A stretch of DNA of 64,000 nt from a virus. Where the stretch lies: IMG/VR virus record IMGVR_UViG_3300022602_000051, positions 1-64,000 of that record. One strand, 5' to 3'. Positions 27,161 to 36,931 of the stretch are shown here, in pieces; position 1 is the stretch's first letter; every line of letters starts with the position of its first letter. A program made the translations under genes and the position numbers. Below the pieces are notes generated by a model. It ran no database searches and was not told the DNA's origin. It saw nothing but the letters and a program-made list of their open reading frames with translations.

Positions 27161-27991
27161 TTAATCATTGAAACCAAAATCACCACCGCCACCACTTCTA
27201 ATAGCATTATCGGTTTGGCGAGTGTAACTTGGATTCAATCCATTCGCTTCAAGAATGTCATCACGAAGATGTTGGTTCCGCTTCTCAACATTGAGAACTC
27301 TTGTGAAACTATTGGTGATAGTAGCAGTATAATAAGCAAAAGGATTATTAGATTTGCTCTCGTCAAATTGTAGACCTACTTGCGATAGCTGTAGCAATGC
27401 TTGAGAGCGCATCTCATCATTGTATGTATAGCCACGCCAGTTGCCTTTGCTGCCATAGCGTTCGCATAGCTTAATAAACATGCGAGCAAGGTTAGGCGTC
27501 ATCTTGCCATGGTCTTTGTTAAACCATCCATTTTCAAGACCACCTTCCCAATGCGACTTGGCGCAACAGATAAGTTCATCATCTTCGTTAAACTTAAAGT
27601 GTTGAAATGGTGGAAAGTTTACTTTGACATGATGGTCAGCCGTTGTTTTAAGGCTCTTTTTGCGACCTGGTGCAAGTGGAATATGATCCCATGTAGTAAT
27701 TCTAAAAACAACATCAGTTTTTTTGATTGTGTGCCAATCTACAGCGTGTTGGTCAAGTTTTGTTTTTACACCTGATAGCTGTGCAGCTTCCCATGCTTGC
27801 TTTGCCATTCTATCGGCACGAGCACGTTTTGCTTCTGCAATGGTTTTTTGATTGATTTTGCTAACACTTGGTAAGATTAAATCATAAACACAATCTTCTG
27901 GTGTTAGGAAAGTGCAATATGTATTTTTGCTCTTTGCTATCTCTTTAAGTAAATCTTTGTTGGTTAAGTATGGTGTGCGTTTTGTTGTCAT
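27161..27991 (-). CDS. gp55: Late-transcription sigma factor (gp55-like)
   Basis: YLTNKDLL, NWRGYTYNDEM, FDESKSNNPFAYYT...NSF. Confidence 0.85.
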   Translation of the reverse strand: MTTKRTPYLTNKDLLKEIAKSKNTYCTFLTPEDCVYDLILPSVSKINQKTIAEAKRARADRMAKQAWEAAQLSGVKTKLDQHAVDWHTIKKTDVVFRITTWDHIPLAPGRKKSLKTTADHHVKVNFPPFQHFKFNEDDELICCAKSHWEGGLENGWFNKDHGKMTPNLARMFIKLCERYGSKGNWRGYTYNDEMRSQALLQLSQVGLQFDESKSNNPFAYYTATITNSFTRVLNVEKRNQHLRDDILEANGLNPSYTRQTDNAIRSGGGGDFGFND

Positions 27992-28023
27992 GGCTACTAT
28001 TATATATGGTTATTTTAATAAAA

Positions 28024-28033
28024 TAAATATTTA
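28024..28033. promoter_or_regulatory. Palindromic bidirectional late promoter TAAATATTTA
   Basis: Reads TAAATA on both strands between the divergent gp55 and baseplate genes. Confidence 0.6.
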
Positions 28034-28045
28034 ATTGAGAGAGCA

Positions 28046-29086
28046 ATGGCATTATTTAATATTAACCCATCACAGTATTATAGTAGAACACCAAGCACCA
28101 ATCAGGTGCCTGCTAATTTTACATTAATTCAAAATCAGCAAGCTAATAATGGCTATGGTGTTCCTAAAAGTATTGCTGGTTATAGTGGTTATAATAGTAA
28201 TCAAGGTTCATTGCCTGGCACAACTGGTTATAAGTTGCCAGCGCAGAACTATTACAATTACGGCGTTAATAATCCAGCGACTTTTGGAACACAAACTCTT
28301 AAAACAAGTTTAATCAATACTGCTGTTAATAGTGCCCTTAGCGGTTTAGTTTATGGTTTAACAGGCGGTCCATCATCTGATCCTACTGGTGGACGTTTAA
28401 ATGGCACAGGCGTTGCACAAGGTGCAGTAAGTCAAAACCTAATACAAGCACAGAACAGCGAAAGTAATGTTGCCTTCCAAGACGATACCGATGATCGTGT
28501 TATTATTAGTGATCAAACTGGTAGATTCATTGGTCAAAGTGATATCTTTGAGCCACTTTATAATACTGGTGGTGTATTGTTCCCATATACACCAGTTATT
28601 CAAGTTGGACATAAAGCCAGTTATGATATGATGAACCTTGTTCACACCAATTATACAACACCAGCCTATCAGCATAGTCAGGTAGATAGCATATCAATTC
28701 AAGCACTGTTTACGGCAAATTATCCAGCAGAAGCTGAATATGTAGTGGCAATGTTGCATTTCTTTAGAACAGTTACTAAAATGTTTTATGGTCAAGATCA
28801 GTTAGCTGGCACTCCACCGCCTGTTTTATTCTTGGATGGTTATGGTCCATATACATTTGACCATATTCCTATTGTTATTACTTCTTTTGATTACACGCTA
28901 CCAAATGATGTTGACTATATCAGTTGCACAATCAATGGTGACAAACAAAAGATTCCAACTAATCTTAATGTGAATATAAGTGCTGTTCCAACATACAGCC
29001 GCAATAAAACAAGTAATCAATTTGGTTTAATTAACTTCTCACAAGGCACTCTATTAAGTGATGGCAACACGGGAGGATGGCTATAA
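28046..29086 (+). CDS. Baseplate/tail-tube initiator protein (gp48/gp54-like)
   Basis: GVLFPYTP, HTNY, GTPPPVLFLDGYG, IPIVITSFDYTLP.DVDYI; first gene of the baseplate operon. Confidence 0.65.
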   Translation: MALFNINPSQYYSRTPSTNQVPANFTLIQNQQANNGYGVPKSIAGYSGYNSNQGSLPGTTGYKLPAQNYYNYGVNNPATFGTQTLKTSLINTAVNSALSGLVYGLTGGPSSDPTGGRLNGTGVAQGAVSQNLIQAQNSESNVAFQDDTDDRVIISDQTGRFIGQSDIFEPLYNTGGVLFPYTPVIQVGHKASYDMMNLVHTNYTTPAYQHSQVDSISIQALFTANYPAEAEYVVAMLHFFRTVTKMFYGQDQLAGTPPPVLFLDGYGPYTFDHIPIVITSFDYTLPNDVDYISCTINGDKQKIPTNLNVNISAVPTYSRNKTSNQFGLINFSQGTLLSDGNTGGWL

Positions 29087-29403
29087 TGGCTTTTACACCT
29101 CCAAACTATACGCGCACAAGTTGTTATTATGGAACGCCAAGTTTTGATAACGGGCAATTTTTAGATTTATGGAATGCTCGTGCTATTCCTAAATTAGCAA
29201 ACGATTTGCTATTCACTATACCGCCACAATATGAATATCGTCCAGACCTATTAGCTTTTGACTTATATGGCGATCCTACACTTTGGTGGGTATTTGCTGT
29301 GCGTAATCCAAATACACTTATTGATCCGCTGTGGGACTTTACTGCAAACACATCAATATATTTGCCAACTAAAAACACTCTACAAAACGCATTGGGTAGC
29401 TAA
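29077..29403 (+). CDS. gp53: Baseplate wedge protein (gp53-like, LysM-related)
   Basis: RPDLLAFDLYGDPTLWWVFAVRN. Confidence 0.85.
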   Translation: MAIMAFTPPNYTRTSCYYGTPSFDNGQFLDLWNARAIPKLANDLLFTIPPQYEYRPDLLAFDLYGDPTLWWVFAVRNPNTLIDPLWDFTANTSIYLPTKNTLQNALGS

Positions 29404-32400
29404 ATGCCAACAACATTAACGCCTACACAACAGTTAGCAGCAGCACAAATACAAGCCAATAATTTAAACCAACAACAACTTGCGCAAACAGGAATTTTAA
29501 TAAACGCCGATATGCGCAATAATGCAGAAGCGGTTTTAAATTCTGGCGCATATCCTGATCTAGATTTGGGTGTAAACGCAAATGGCGAAGCTGTATTCTT
29601 TATACCAGGTGGCAGTGGTAATGGTCAAGGCGAAAGCATTACACCAATTCGTGATGATGCATGGAACGGAACACCACTGCTATCAAATGATGGTCTCGTT
29701 GTAACAAGTGAAAATAGCGATGCAGTTGCAGCAGCACAGTCAGCAGCGGCGGCTGCTCAACAGGCAGCAAGCAATGCCGCAACTACACAAAGTGCAGAAG
29801 ATTTAGCAAACGCGCAGGCTGCACTTGCAGCAGCACAGGCTCGTGTGGCAGCTTTGCAAGCACAAAGTGCAAATACACAAGCAACCGATACTACACCAGC
29901 AAGTAGCAGTGATGCACAAGCTGCAAGCAGCGCAGCTAATCAGCAGCAAGGCACTGAAATTAGTGGTGTTACAACAACTAATGCGCAAAATGCTGCCGCA
30001 ATAGCACAACAAAATGCAGCAGCAAGCGCAGCACAACAAGCAGATTTAGCAACGCTGCAAGCACAATATAGTGCAAGTAATACAACTAATACTGCACAAA
30101 GCAGCGGCGGTGGAACCATCAATAGCGGTTCAAATGCACTTACTACTGGTTCTGGACCAACGCAAACACAGCCCGCTGATGCGGTTCCTGTTTTACCAAG
30201 TCAAGGAACAAATGTTTCAACAAGTGGCGTAAATGAAGATGCTGCTGGTTCAGCAGTTCAAACTGCGACTACAAACACATCAACCTTTAGTGATCAACAG
30301 AGCACAACCAATGATTCGCCTGTTCCGCCCGTGCCAACAGGTTCAAGCCAAACCTCTGGTGGAGCAACCAGTGCAACTGTGTTAAGCAGCGGAAGTGCAA
30401 ATGCTGTTGATAGTGGCGTATCTAATCCAAGTTCGACTGTAAACAATAATAATACAAATAATCAAGCTGGCAGTAAGGTTAATATACTGCATGGATATAC
30501 AAACTATACCTATCGCATATCGCTATTTGGTATTCCAAAGGATACAATTAATCAAATATATTCAAAAGCTATTACACCAGGCAATGAATCATTGCTTCTT
30601 AATAACGGTGTTTTTATATGTGCAGATGGTGGCAATGGTGGATATGCGCGTAGCAGTTATTTTCCTGTAGACTTAACTATTGATAATGTTGAGTTAGAAA
30701 CAATTGTTGATGCAACCAGTAGCAGAACTCGTGCAACCAATGTAGTCAATATGAAATTTGATATCATTGAACCTTATACTGTTAATTTTCTTGCAAGATT
30801 AAAACAGATGGCTGCTGATATTAATCCTAACGGCAATTGGTCAACAACATTTTTTGTTATGAAAATTGATTTTTTAGGATACAATGATCAAGGTCAACCG
30901 CAATCATCGAGCACATCAGCTAGTGCAATACCTGGAACTACAAAATATATTCCATTTACATTCACAAACATGAAGTTTAGCGTGACGGGTAGTGGTGGCA
31001 AATATTCTTGCACAGCTATACCTACTAATGCGCTTGCACTAACCGCACTTGATAACCAGATTCCTTTCCACGTTGAATTAAGTGGACAAACGGTTGATAA
31101 CATCTTCAATGCAGGTTTATCAAGTTCAACAATTGTTAATACTGGACAAGCTGGCGGCGGTGGATTAGATCGTTATGATCAAGCCCAAAATACAGTAGTG
31201 CAAAATGCTCCTGTTGCTGGTAATCAAACTACAGTTTATCAGGGATTGGCAGCAGCACTTAACAGCAATGAACAACAAAAAGTTGAACAAAAGACAATTA
31301 CAAATCCTAACACTTATAAATTTACATTTTTAGACCCTCTAATAAGTGCAAAGGTAAACGCAGAAGACTATATTAAAATTCAAAGTCTTGTAAATGCTAA
31401 TAGTAATGATGCAAATACAAAAAAACAAATAGCAGATCAAGGAAAAATAGGTTCACTTACTCTTGATTTAAAAGGCAAAAAGTTTACTTCTAACCCAGGG
31501 ACTCGCATTACGGATTTTATTGGCAGTGTAATGACAGTTAGTGATTATATGCTTAACCAATATAAAACAGATGGTTCAAATAACAATAGCACACTTAATA
31601 CATGGATTATAACGCCTGTAGTGAACTTTAATGATATTGATCCAAAAACAAATTATTATACTCGTGATGTTGAATATGTTATTGCACCTTACAAAACTTA
31701 TGGTCAAGATAAACCAGGTTTTGGTCAATTGCCAGTTCAACAATCGCAGATTGTAAAAACATACAAATATATCTATAGTGGCGATAATCGCGATGTGTTA
31801 GATGCTAATATTCAATTTGAGGTTGCATTTTGGGAAACTGTAAATGGTGTACCTGCAAACTATCTTAATAAAGATGGTGATAATTTAGGTCAAAGTGACA
31901 CAGAAGTTGACCCAGTTACGGGTGCCAACGTCAAGAAATTTTTTATGCCACGTTATATGCCAACAAACGGATTAATTAATCGTACTAACACTGGTGGCAG
32001 TAGTAAGTCACAAGCATCGTTAAGCGTTCAGGAACTCATGGATAAGTTATATGACAACCGTGGTGATATGATTGTGCTTGATTTAACTATTGTGGGTGAC
32101 CCAGATTGGATAAGTCAAGATTATTCAATAATGCATCCGAGTTTAATTGGTAATCAAACATATCTTAATAATGGCAGTGTAAATTTTACCAACCCTGTAT
32201 ATTTTAATTTTTATTTTGCAACTCCCAACACTGATTATGATGATACTACTGGATTGTTTGGAAGTCTTAATAATTACAGTGAATTTAGTGGAATATATAG
32301 AGTAATAACTGTAAAAAGTAATTTTAGCAACGGAAAATTTACACAAAAATTAACCAATAATCGTGTAAGAACACAAACACAAACACAAAGCGGTGCTATT

Positions 32401-32655
32401 CGCAGTGATAGTGTAAATCCCAATGCACCAACTGCAAGCAATAACGCTGGCAATGCTCCAGTTGCAGAAGCTGCTAAAAATACTGCTATTGCTTCTGCTA
32501 ATGGAACAAGCGGTGTTCAAACCAGTGGACCAACAAGCACAAGCACACCATCTGCTAATCAAGCATTTAATGATAATACTGGACAACCTGTTGTGGTTAC
32601 GAACCCGTCAAGTGGAGTTTCAGAAGACCACGGATATATTTTAGGAAACGATTAA
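29404..32655 (+). CDS. Baseplate hub protein (gp27/VgrG-N-like) with long low-complexity N-terminus
   Basis: Between gp53 and gp5; FDIIEPY, LTIVGDPDWI, SGIYRVITVKSNFSNGKFTQKL. Confidence 0.65.
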   Translation: MPTTLTPTQQLAAAQIQANNLNQQQLAQTGILINADMRNNAEAVLNSGAYPDLDLGVNANGEAVFFIPGGSGNGQGESITPIRDDAWNGTPLLSNDGLVVTSENSDAVAAAQSAAAAAQQAASNAATTQSAEDLANAQAALAAAQARVAALQAQSANTQATDTTPASSSDAQAASSAANQQQGTEISGVTTTNAQNAAAIAQQNAAASAAQQADLATLQAQYSASNTTNTAQSSGGGTINSGSNALTTGSGPTQTQPADAVPVLPSQGTNVSTSGVNEDAAGSAVQTATTNTSTFSDQQSTTNDSPVPPVPTGSSQTSGGATSATVLSSGSANAVDSGVSNPSSTVNNNNTNNQAGSKVNILHGYTNYTYRISLFGIPKDTINQIYSKAITPGNESLLLNNGVFICADGGNGGYARSSYFPVDLTIDNVELETIVDATSSRTRATNVVNMKFDIIEPYTVNFLARLKQMAADINPNGNWSTTFFVMKIDFLGYNDQGQPQSSSTSASAIPGTTKYIPFTFTNMKFSVTGSGGKYSCTAIPTNALALTALDNQIPFHVELSGQTVDNIFNAGLSSSTIVNTGQAGGGGLDRYDQAQNTVVQNAPVAGNQTTVYQGLAAALNSNEQQKVEQKTITNPNTYKFTFLDPLISAKVNAEDYIKIQSLVNANSNDANTKKQIADQGKIGSLTLDLKGKKFTSNPGTRITDFIGSVMTVSDYMLNQYKTDGSNNNSTLNTWIITPVVNFNDIDPKTNYYTRDVEYVIAPYKTYGQDKPGFGQLPVQQSQIVKTYKYIYSGDNRDVLDANIQFEVAFWETVNGVPANYLNKDGDNLGQSDTEVDPVTGANVKKFFMPRYMPTNGLINRTNTGGSSKSQASLSVQELMDKLYDNRGDMIVLDLTIVGDPDWISQDYSIMHPSLIGNQTYLNNGSVNFTNPVYFNFYFATPNTDYDDTTGLFGSLNNYSEFSGIYRVITVKSNFSNGKFTQKLTNNRVRTQTQTQSGAIRSDSVNPNAPTASNNAGNAPVAEAAKNTAIASANGTSGVQTSGPTSTSTPSANQAFNDNTGQPVVVTNPSSGVSEDHGYILGND

Positions 32656-35600
32656 TGGCTGACCCCTTATCGCAAGAAAGCACACGACAAAGTAGCAATA
32701 CTAAATCTGAACAAACACAAGGTACAGTTGTAAGCCCTGGCCCATATGTTGGCACGATTAAACAAACAATTGATAGTACATATGGCGGCAGATTACTTGT
32801 TTTTATTCCTGAATTGGGTGGTGATCCTACAAATGTAAGTAGTTGGAAAACTATGCGCTATGCTACGCCATTTTATGGCGAAACAAATATTCAAGATGGC
32901 GGCGATTATAGTGGTAGTCCCCACACATATGGCATGTGGTTTGTTCCACCAGATGTAGGTAATCAGGTTCTTTGTATACTATCACAAGGTAAAGATTGGG
33001 ATGGTTTTTGGTTTGCTTGTATTCCTGATGTGCCTTCTAATCATATGGTACCGGGCATAAGTGCCCCAGTAGATGGTAGTAGCCAATCGCCAGTTGTTGA
33101 TGCTTATATTGATCAAACAACAGCAAGTGGAATATCAAATATTCACACTCTTCCAAAACAAGTTCATAATATTCAGCAACAAATTTGGCAAACACAAGGT
33201 TTATTAAACGATAGCGACCGTGGACCAGGCACAAGCAGTTCACAGCGTGAAACACCAAGCAGCGTATTTGGTATATCTACACCAGGTCGTCCAATAAATC
33301 CAAATGACCCTGAACTTTATCCTGATCCAGATAGCAACGGTTCAAGTACACAATCACAAATATTAGGTGTTCGTGGACGTCAAGGTGGTCATACATTTGT
33401 AATGGATGATGGCGATGCCGATGGCAATAATCAAATGATGCGATTGCGCACAGCAACTGGTCATATGATTATGATGAATGATACTAAAGGATTCATCTAT
33501 GTTATTAACAGCAAAGGCACTGCTTGGGTAGAAATTAATGCAACTGGAGATATTAATGTTTATGCACAAAGCAATTTAAACATTGAAGCCAAAGGCGGTC
33601 TACAACTTGAAACGCAAGGCGCACTTAAATTACATGGTAAAACGGTCGATATTGTAAGTGATGGCGCATTTAATATGCAAGGTACGGATATAAACATACT
33701 TGCCAGTGGTAACACAAAAATAACTGGTAAATCTACGCTGCATCTTAAAGGCAAAAACACATATCTTACTGGCGACAGTTGTATCCAGATTAAGAGTGAT
33801 GGTCACATTGACCTTAAAGGAACTTGTCATACAATTAATACTGCTGATGCCACAAAAGCTACAGAAGCTGGACCTGCATCAACTCCAAGTAATATGCCAA
33901 CAGCAGAGCCATGGACTGGTCATAAAGCGCCTGCCGCACCAACAAGTCAACCTGGTTACGGTCAACAACAAGGTATTGCACCATCAAATGGCAACAATAG
34001 CAGCAGTGCAGGTCCATATGGCGCAGCCAACAACTTTGGTAGCAGTATGATTCAACAAAGCTATGGACCAATGACTAATAATATACCACCTGTTACATAT
34101 AATAACGCTATAGCTACAAGCAGTGGTCAAGGCAGCCAATACGCAAGCACTTCGCCACAGCCTACAACACCTGGCACAAGTTATCTTGTTAGCGGTGCTA
34201 TTGCTGGCGCAGTTGCTGGCATTGCTTATGGCACGGGCGCAAGCTTTGATGTAACTGATCTATCGCCAGGCAATAATAGTAATCCAAACTATTCTACTGG
34301 TGAATTACAAAACAATCCAGGCAATCTTCCATATAACGCAAGCGACACATATGCTATTGGATTTGCTAATAATATGGCTGTTTATGCTAAACCAGAACAA
34401 GGCATTGCAGCACTTGCAACGCTATTCCGCAATCTTAATACAAGCACATCTACAATGTGTATTGATTTGATTACTGCTTTCTTAAATGCACAAACAAACC
34501 AAGACCCAAATGTCATCAATATGACGCGCTACATGCAAACTAATTTAGGTATTAATAGTACAGATTATGTTGCGCTAAACGATCCTACTACGCTGCTTGG
34601 TTGGGTATCAACTGTAGTCAATTATGTTCAAGGCGGTTTAATTTACACATATGACCAAATGGTCAGTGGTTGTGCGTTAAGTCTTAACGAAAGCAATACC
34701 ACATTCCTTAATGGATTGCAGCCTATTACACAGCCTTGGCAAAATAATGGCGGAACTAATTCTTATAGCGGATTTGTTAATCCAGCAACTACACCAAGCG
34801 TTACTAATAATGGCAGCAGTCCACTACAACAAATTGCAAATCGTGTTATTACTGGTCTTGTAAGCAATGCTGCATTTGGTATCGGTAATGCAATTGGTCA
34901 AGCACTAAATGGTCAATCAACAAGTGCAGTAAGCGCAGCAGTAAATTCTGGCACGGCTAATATTGGAACTACTGCTGGTCAATTAGCATATACTTCTTAT
35001 CTTGGTCAAAGTGTAGGCAGCGGTCAATGCGTTGCACTTGTTCAAGCAGCGAGTAATGTAGGCAATACAAGTACATGGGTTCCTGGCGCAAGTGTAACCA
35101 GTGGAAATCTACAACCTGGCACTGTAATAGCAACATTTGGTAGTGATGGCACATATCAAAATGTATCAGGTCAAAGTCATGCTGCTATCTTCTTGGGTTA
35201 TCAATATGACACAAGCGGACATATAAGTGGTATTCAAGTGCAAGATCAGTGGTCAGGACAGCCTTGTGGAACACGAGTTATTCCATTTAACCAAGGAACA
35301 GCAGAGAGTGGTGAAAACTTTTATGTGGTAACGCATGATGGTAACACAGCAATTCAAGCCAATGGTTCACCACAAGTAGTAACACAAAATCAAATTGATC
35401 AGATTAATGGTAACTCACCAACTTATAGTTCACAGTCACAAAATGTAAGTGGCAGTAGTCCAACAAGCGAATCAAACGCTTATAATTATGATAACAGCGG
35501 TTATCGTGATTTGAGCGCAACAGGCACAACTGGTCCAGTGCCACTACCACCAAGTAATCCTTCGGTTATAAGTGCTAACAGTCCTACTGCAAGTAACGGC

Positions 35601-36491
35601 ACAATTGCTTATAATGGTGGTGCTACTGCAAGCGACAACGTGGCTGCAAGTGTTCCAAATTATCCAGTTACACCACAAGGTGCTAATCCAGCAGATATTG
35701 CTGGTGGTGGTTTTGGTGCACCAAGCAGTGGCAGCGGCGGCGTAGCATATCAACAGATTACATCACTGCAAGGGTTGCAACGAGTTTATGATCCTACAAC
35801 TGACAGTTACAATTTTATTGGTAAAACAAGCAATGGTTCTACTGTAAGTATAAGCCAATCAACAGTAGATCAGCTTACAATACAAGGTCAAGATAAAGCA
35901 AGTCTCAATGAAATTGGTGTTGATGGACTTTATCAAATACAACAAAATAATGCAGCGGCTACAAGTTCAACTGATTATAGTGGCGTTGTAAATCAAGGTG
36001 TCAGTTCTACACCTACCCCAAGCACTGATTATGTTCCACTTGATCCAGGTATTGCGGCACAACAGCACAATTATGCGAATGATACAAGCTATTTGTATGA
36101 TACAACAGCGCGTCGTGACCCAATTGCGAGTCCAGATGCTGCTGCTTATGGCGATAGTTACAGCGCAACAGTTGTAAATGCTCCAACTGCTACACCAACA
36201 CGAATTGCTGCAAATCCTGGTGATATTGCAACTGGCGGTTATGGCACAGGCGATAATCAAAGCGATACAGACAGTTATATTCAACCACCACCACAAACTG
36301 TTACACCACCAACCACTTCTAATCCAGGTGACTTGGCAAGTGGCGGCTTTGGTAGTGGCAGCAGCGGTGGAACAACATCAGTTGCACCTATAACTGGCAA
36401 TCAGCCAGCACCAGCAACTGGCGGTCAAACTGGTGCGCAAACTGCACCAGGCGGCAGTGCTGATACTGGTGGCGCTGGTAAGAGTTGTTAA
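32655..36491 (+). CDS. gp5: Baseplate central spike (gp5-like) with added cell-wall hydrolase domains
   Basis: OB-fold GRLLVFIPE...YGMWFVPPDVGNQV; GHTFVMDD...RLRTATGH; beta-helix repeats; NNPGNL domain; QCVAL...HAAIF...DQW domain. Confidence 0.85.
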   Translation: MADPLSQESTRQSSNTKSEQTQGTVVSPGPYVGTIKQTIDSTYGGRLLVFIPELGGDPTNVSSWKTMRYATPFYGETNIQDGGDYSGSPHTYGMWFVPPDVGNQVLCILSQGKDWDGFWFACIPDVPSNHMVPGISAPVDGSSQSPVVDAYIDQTTASGISNIHTLPKQVHNIQQQIWQTQGLLNDSDRGPGTSSSQRETPSSVFGISTPGRPINPNDPELYPDPDSNGSSTQSQILGVRGRQGGHTFVMDDGDADGNNQMMRLRTATGHMIMMNDTKGFIYVINSKGTAWVEINATGDINVYAQSNLNIEAKGGLQLETQGALKLHGKTVDIVSDGAFNMQGTDINILASGNTKITGKSTLHLKGKNTYLTGDSCIQIKSDGHIDLKGTCHTINTADATKATEAGPASTPSNMPTAEPWTGHKAPAAPTSQPGYGQQQGIAPSNGNNSSSAGPYGAANNFGSSMIQQSYGPMTNNIPPVTYNNAIATSSGQGSQYASTSPQPTTPGTSYLVSGAIAGAVAGIAYGTGASFDVTDLSPGNNSNPNYSTGELQNNPGNLPYNASDTYAIGFANNMAVYAKPEQGIAALATLFRNLNTSTSTMCIDLITAFLNAQTNQDPNVINMTRYMQTNLGINSTDYVALNDPTTLLGWVSTVVNYVQGGLIYTYDQMVSGCALSLNESNTTFLNGLQPITQPWQNNGGTNSYSGFVNPATTPSVTNNGSSPLQQIANRVITGLVSNAAFGIGNAIGQALNGQSTSAVSAAVNSGTANIGTTAGQLAYTSYLGQSVGSGQCVALVQAASNVGNTSTWVPGASVTSGNLQPGTVIATFGSDGTYQNVSGQSHAAIFLGYQYDTSGHISGIQVQDQWSGQPCGTRVIPFNQGTAESGENFYVVTHDGNTAIQANGSPQVVTQNQIDQINGNSPTYSSQSQNVSGSSPTSESNAYNYDNSGYRDLSATGTTGPVPLPPSNPSVISANSPTASNGTIAYNGGATASDNVAASVPNYPVTPQGANPADIAGGGFGAPSSGSGGVAYQQITSLQGLQRVYDPTTDSYNFIGKTSNGSTVSISQSTVDQLTIQGQDKASLNEIGVDGLYQIQQNNAAATSSTDYSGVVNQGVSSTPTPSTDYVPLDPGIAAQQHNYANDTSYLYDTTARRDPIASPDAAAYGDSYSATVVNAPTATPTRIAANPGDIATGGYGTGDNQSDTDSYIQPPPQTVTPPTTSNPGDLASGGFGSGSSGGTTSVAPITGNQPAPATGGQTGAQTAPGGSADTGGAGKSC

Positions 36492-36499
36492 ATACTACT

Positions 36500-36886
36500 A
36501 TGGCTCTATACAAAGGTTACAGCAGTGTAAATCGTGATTTTGGTCCTTTTGCTATCAATGATAATGATCTGATAGTTCAAGACCTGCTAAATCACTTAAG
36601 TATTCGCAAAGGTGAAAAACTACACAATCCAAGTTTTGGCAGCATTATTTGGAATCGACTGTTTGACCCACTTACACCAGCACTGCAAGCAGAAATTAAG
36701 AACGATATTGATGCAATTATAAAATATGATCCACGATTTAATGTTGTTTCTCAAACAGTAGTTCAAGAATCACCAGATGGTCGTGGATTGATATTAAATT
36801 TTAGTTTGAGTTTTGCCACAGATAACAAAATAGCTGACCTTTCTGTATTATTTGATAAATCCAGCAATCAACTTTACGTGCTATAA
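36500..36886 (+). CDS. gp25: Baseplate wedge protein (gp25-like)
   Basis: DLLNHLSIRKGEKLHNPSFGS, YDPR; ATG 36500 lies 5 nt after TAAATA (36489-36494). Confidence 0.9.
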   Translation: MALYKGYSSVNRDFGPFAINDNDLIVQDLLNHLSIRKGEKLHNPSFGSIIWNRLFDPLTPALQAEIKNDIDAIIKYDPRFNVVSQTVVQESPDGRGLILNFSLSFATDNKIADLSVLFDKSSNQLYVL

Positions 36887-36931
36887 TAATAGTCGCATAT
36901 TATTATTAAAATAAATACTTTGAGGTTCATA

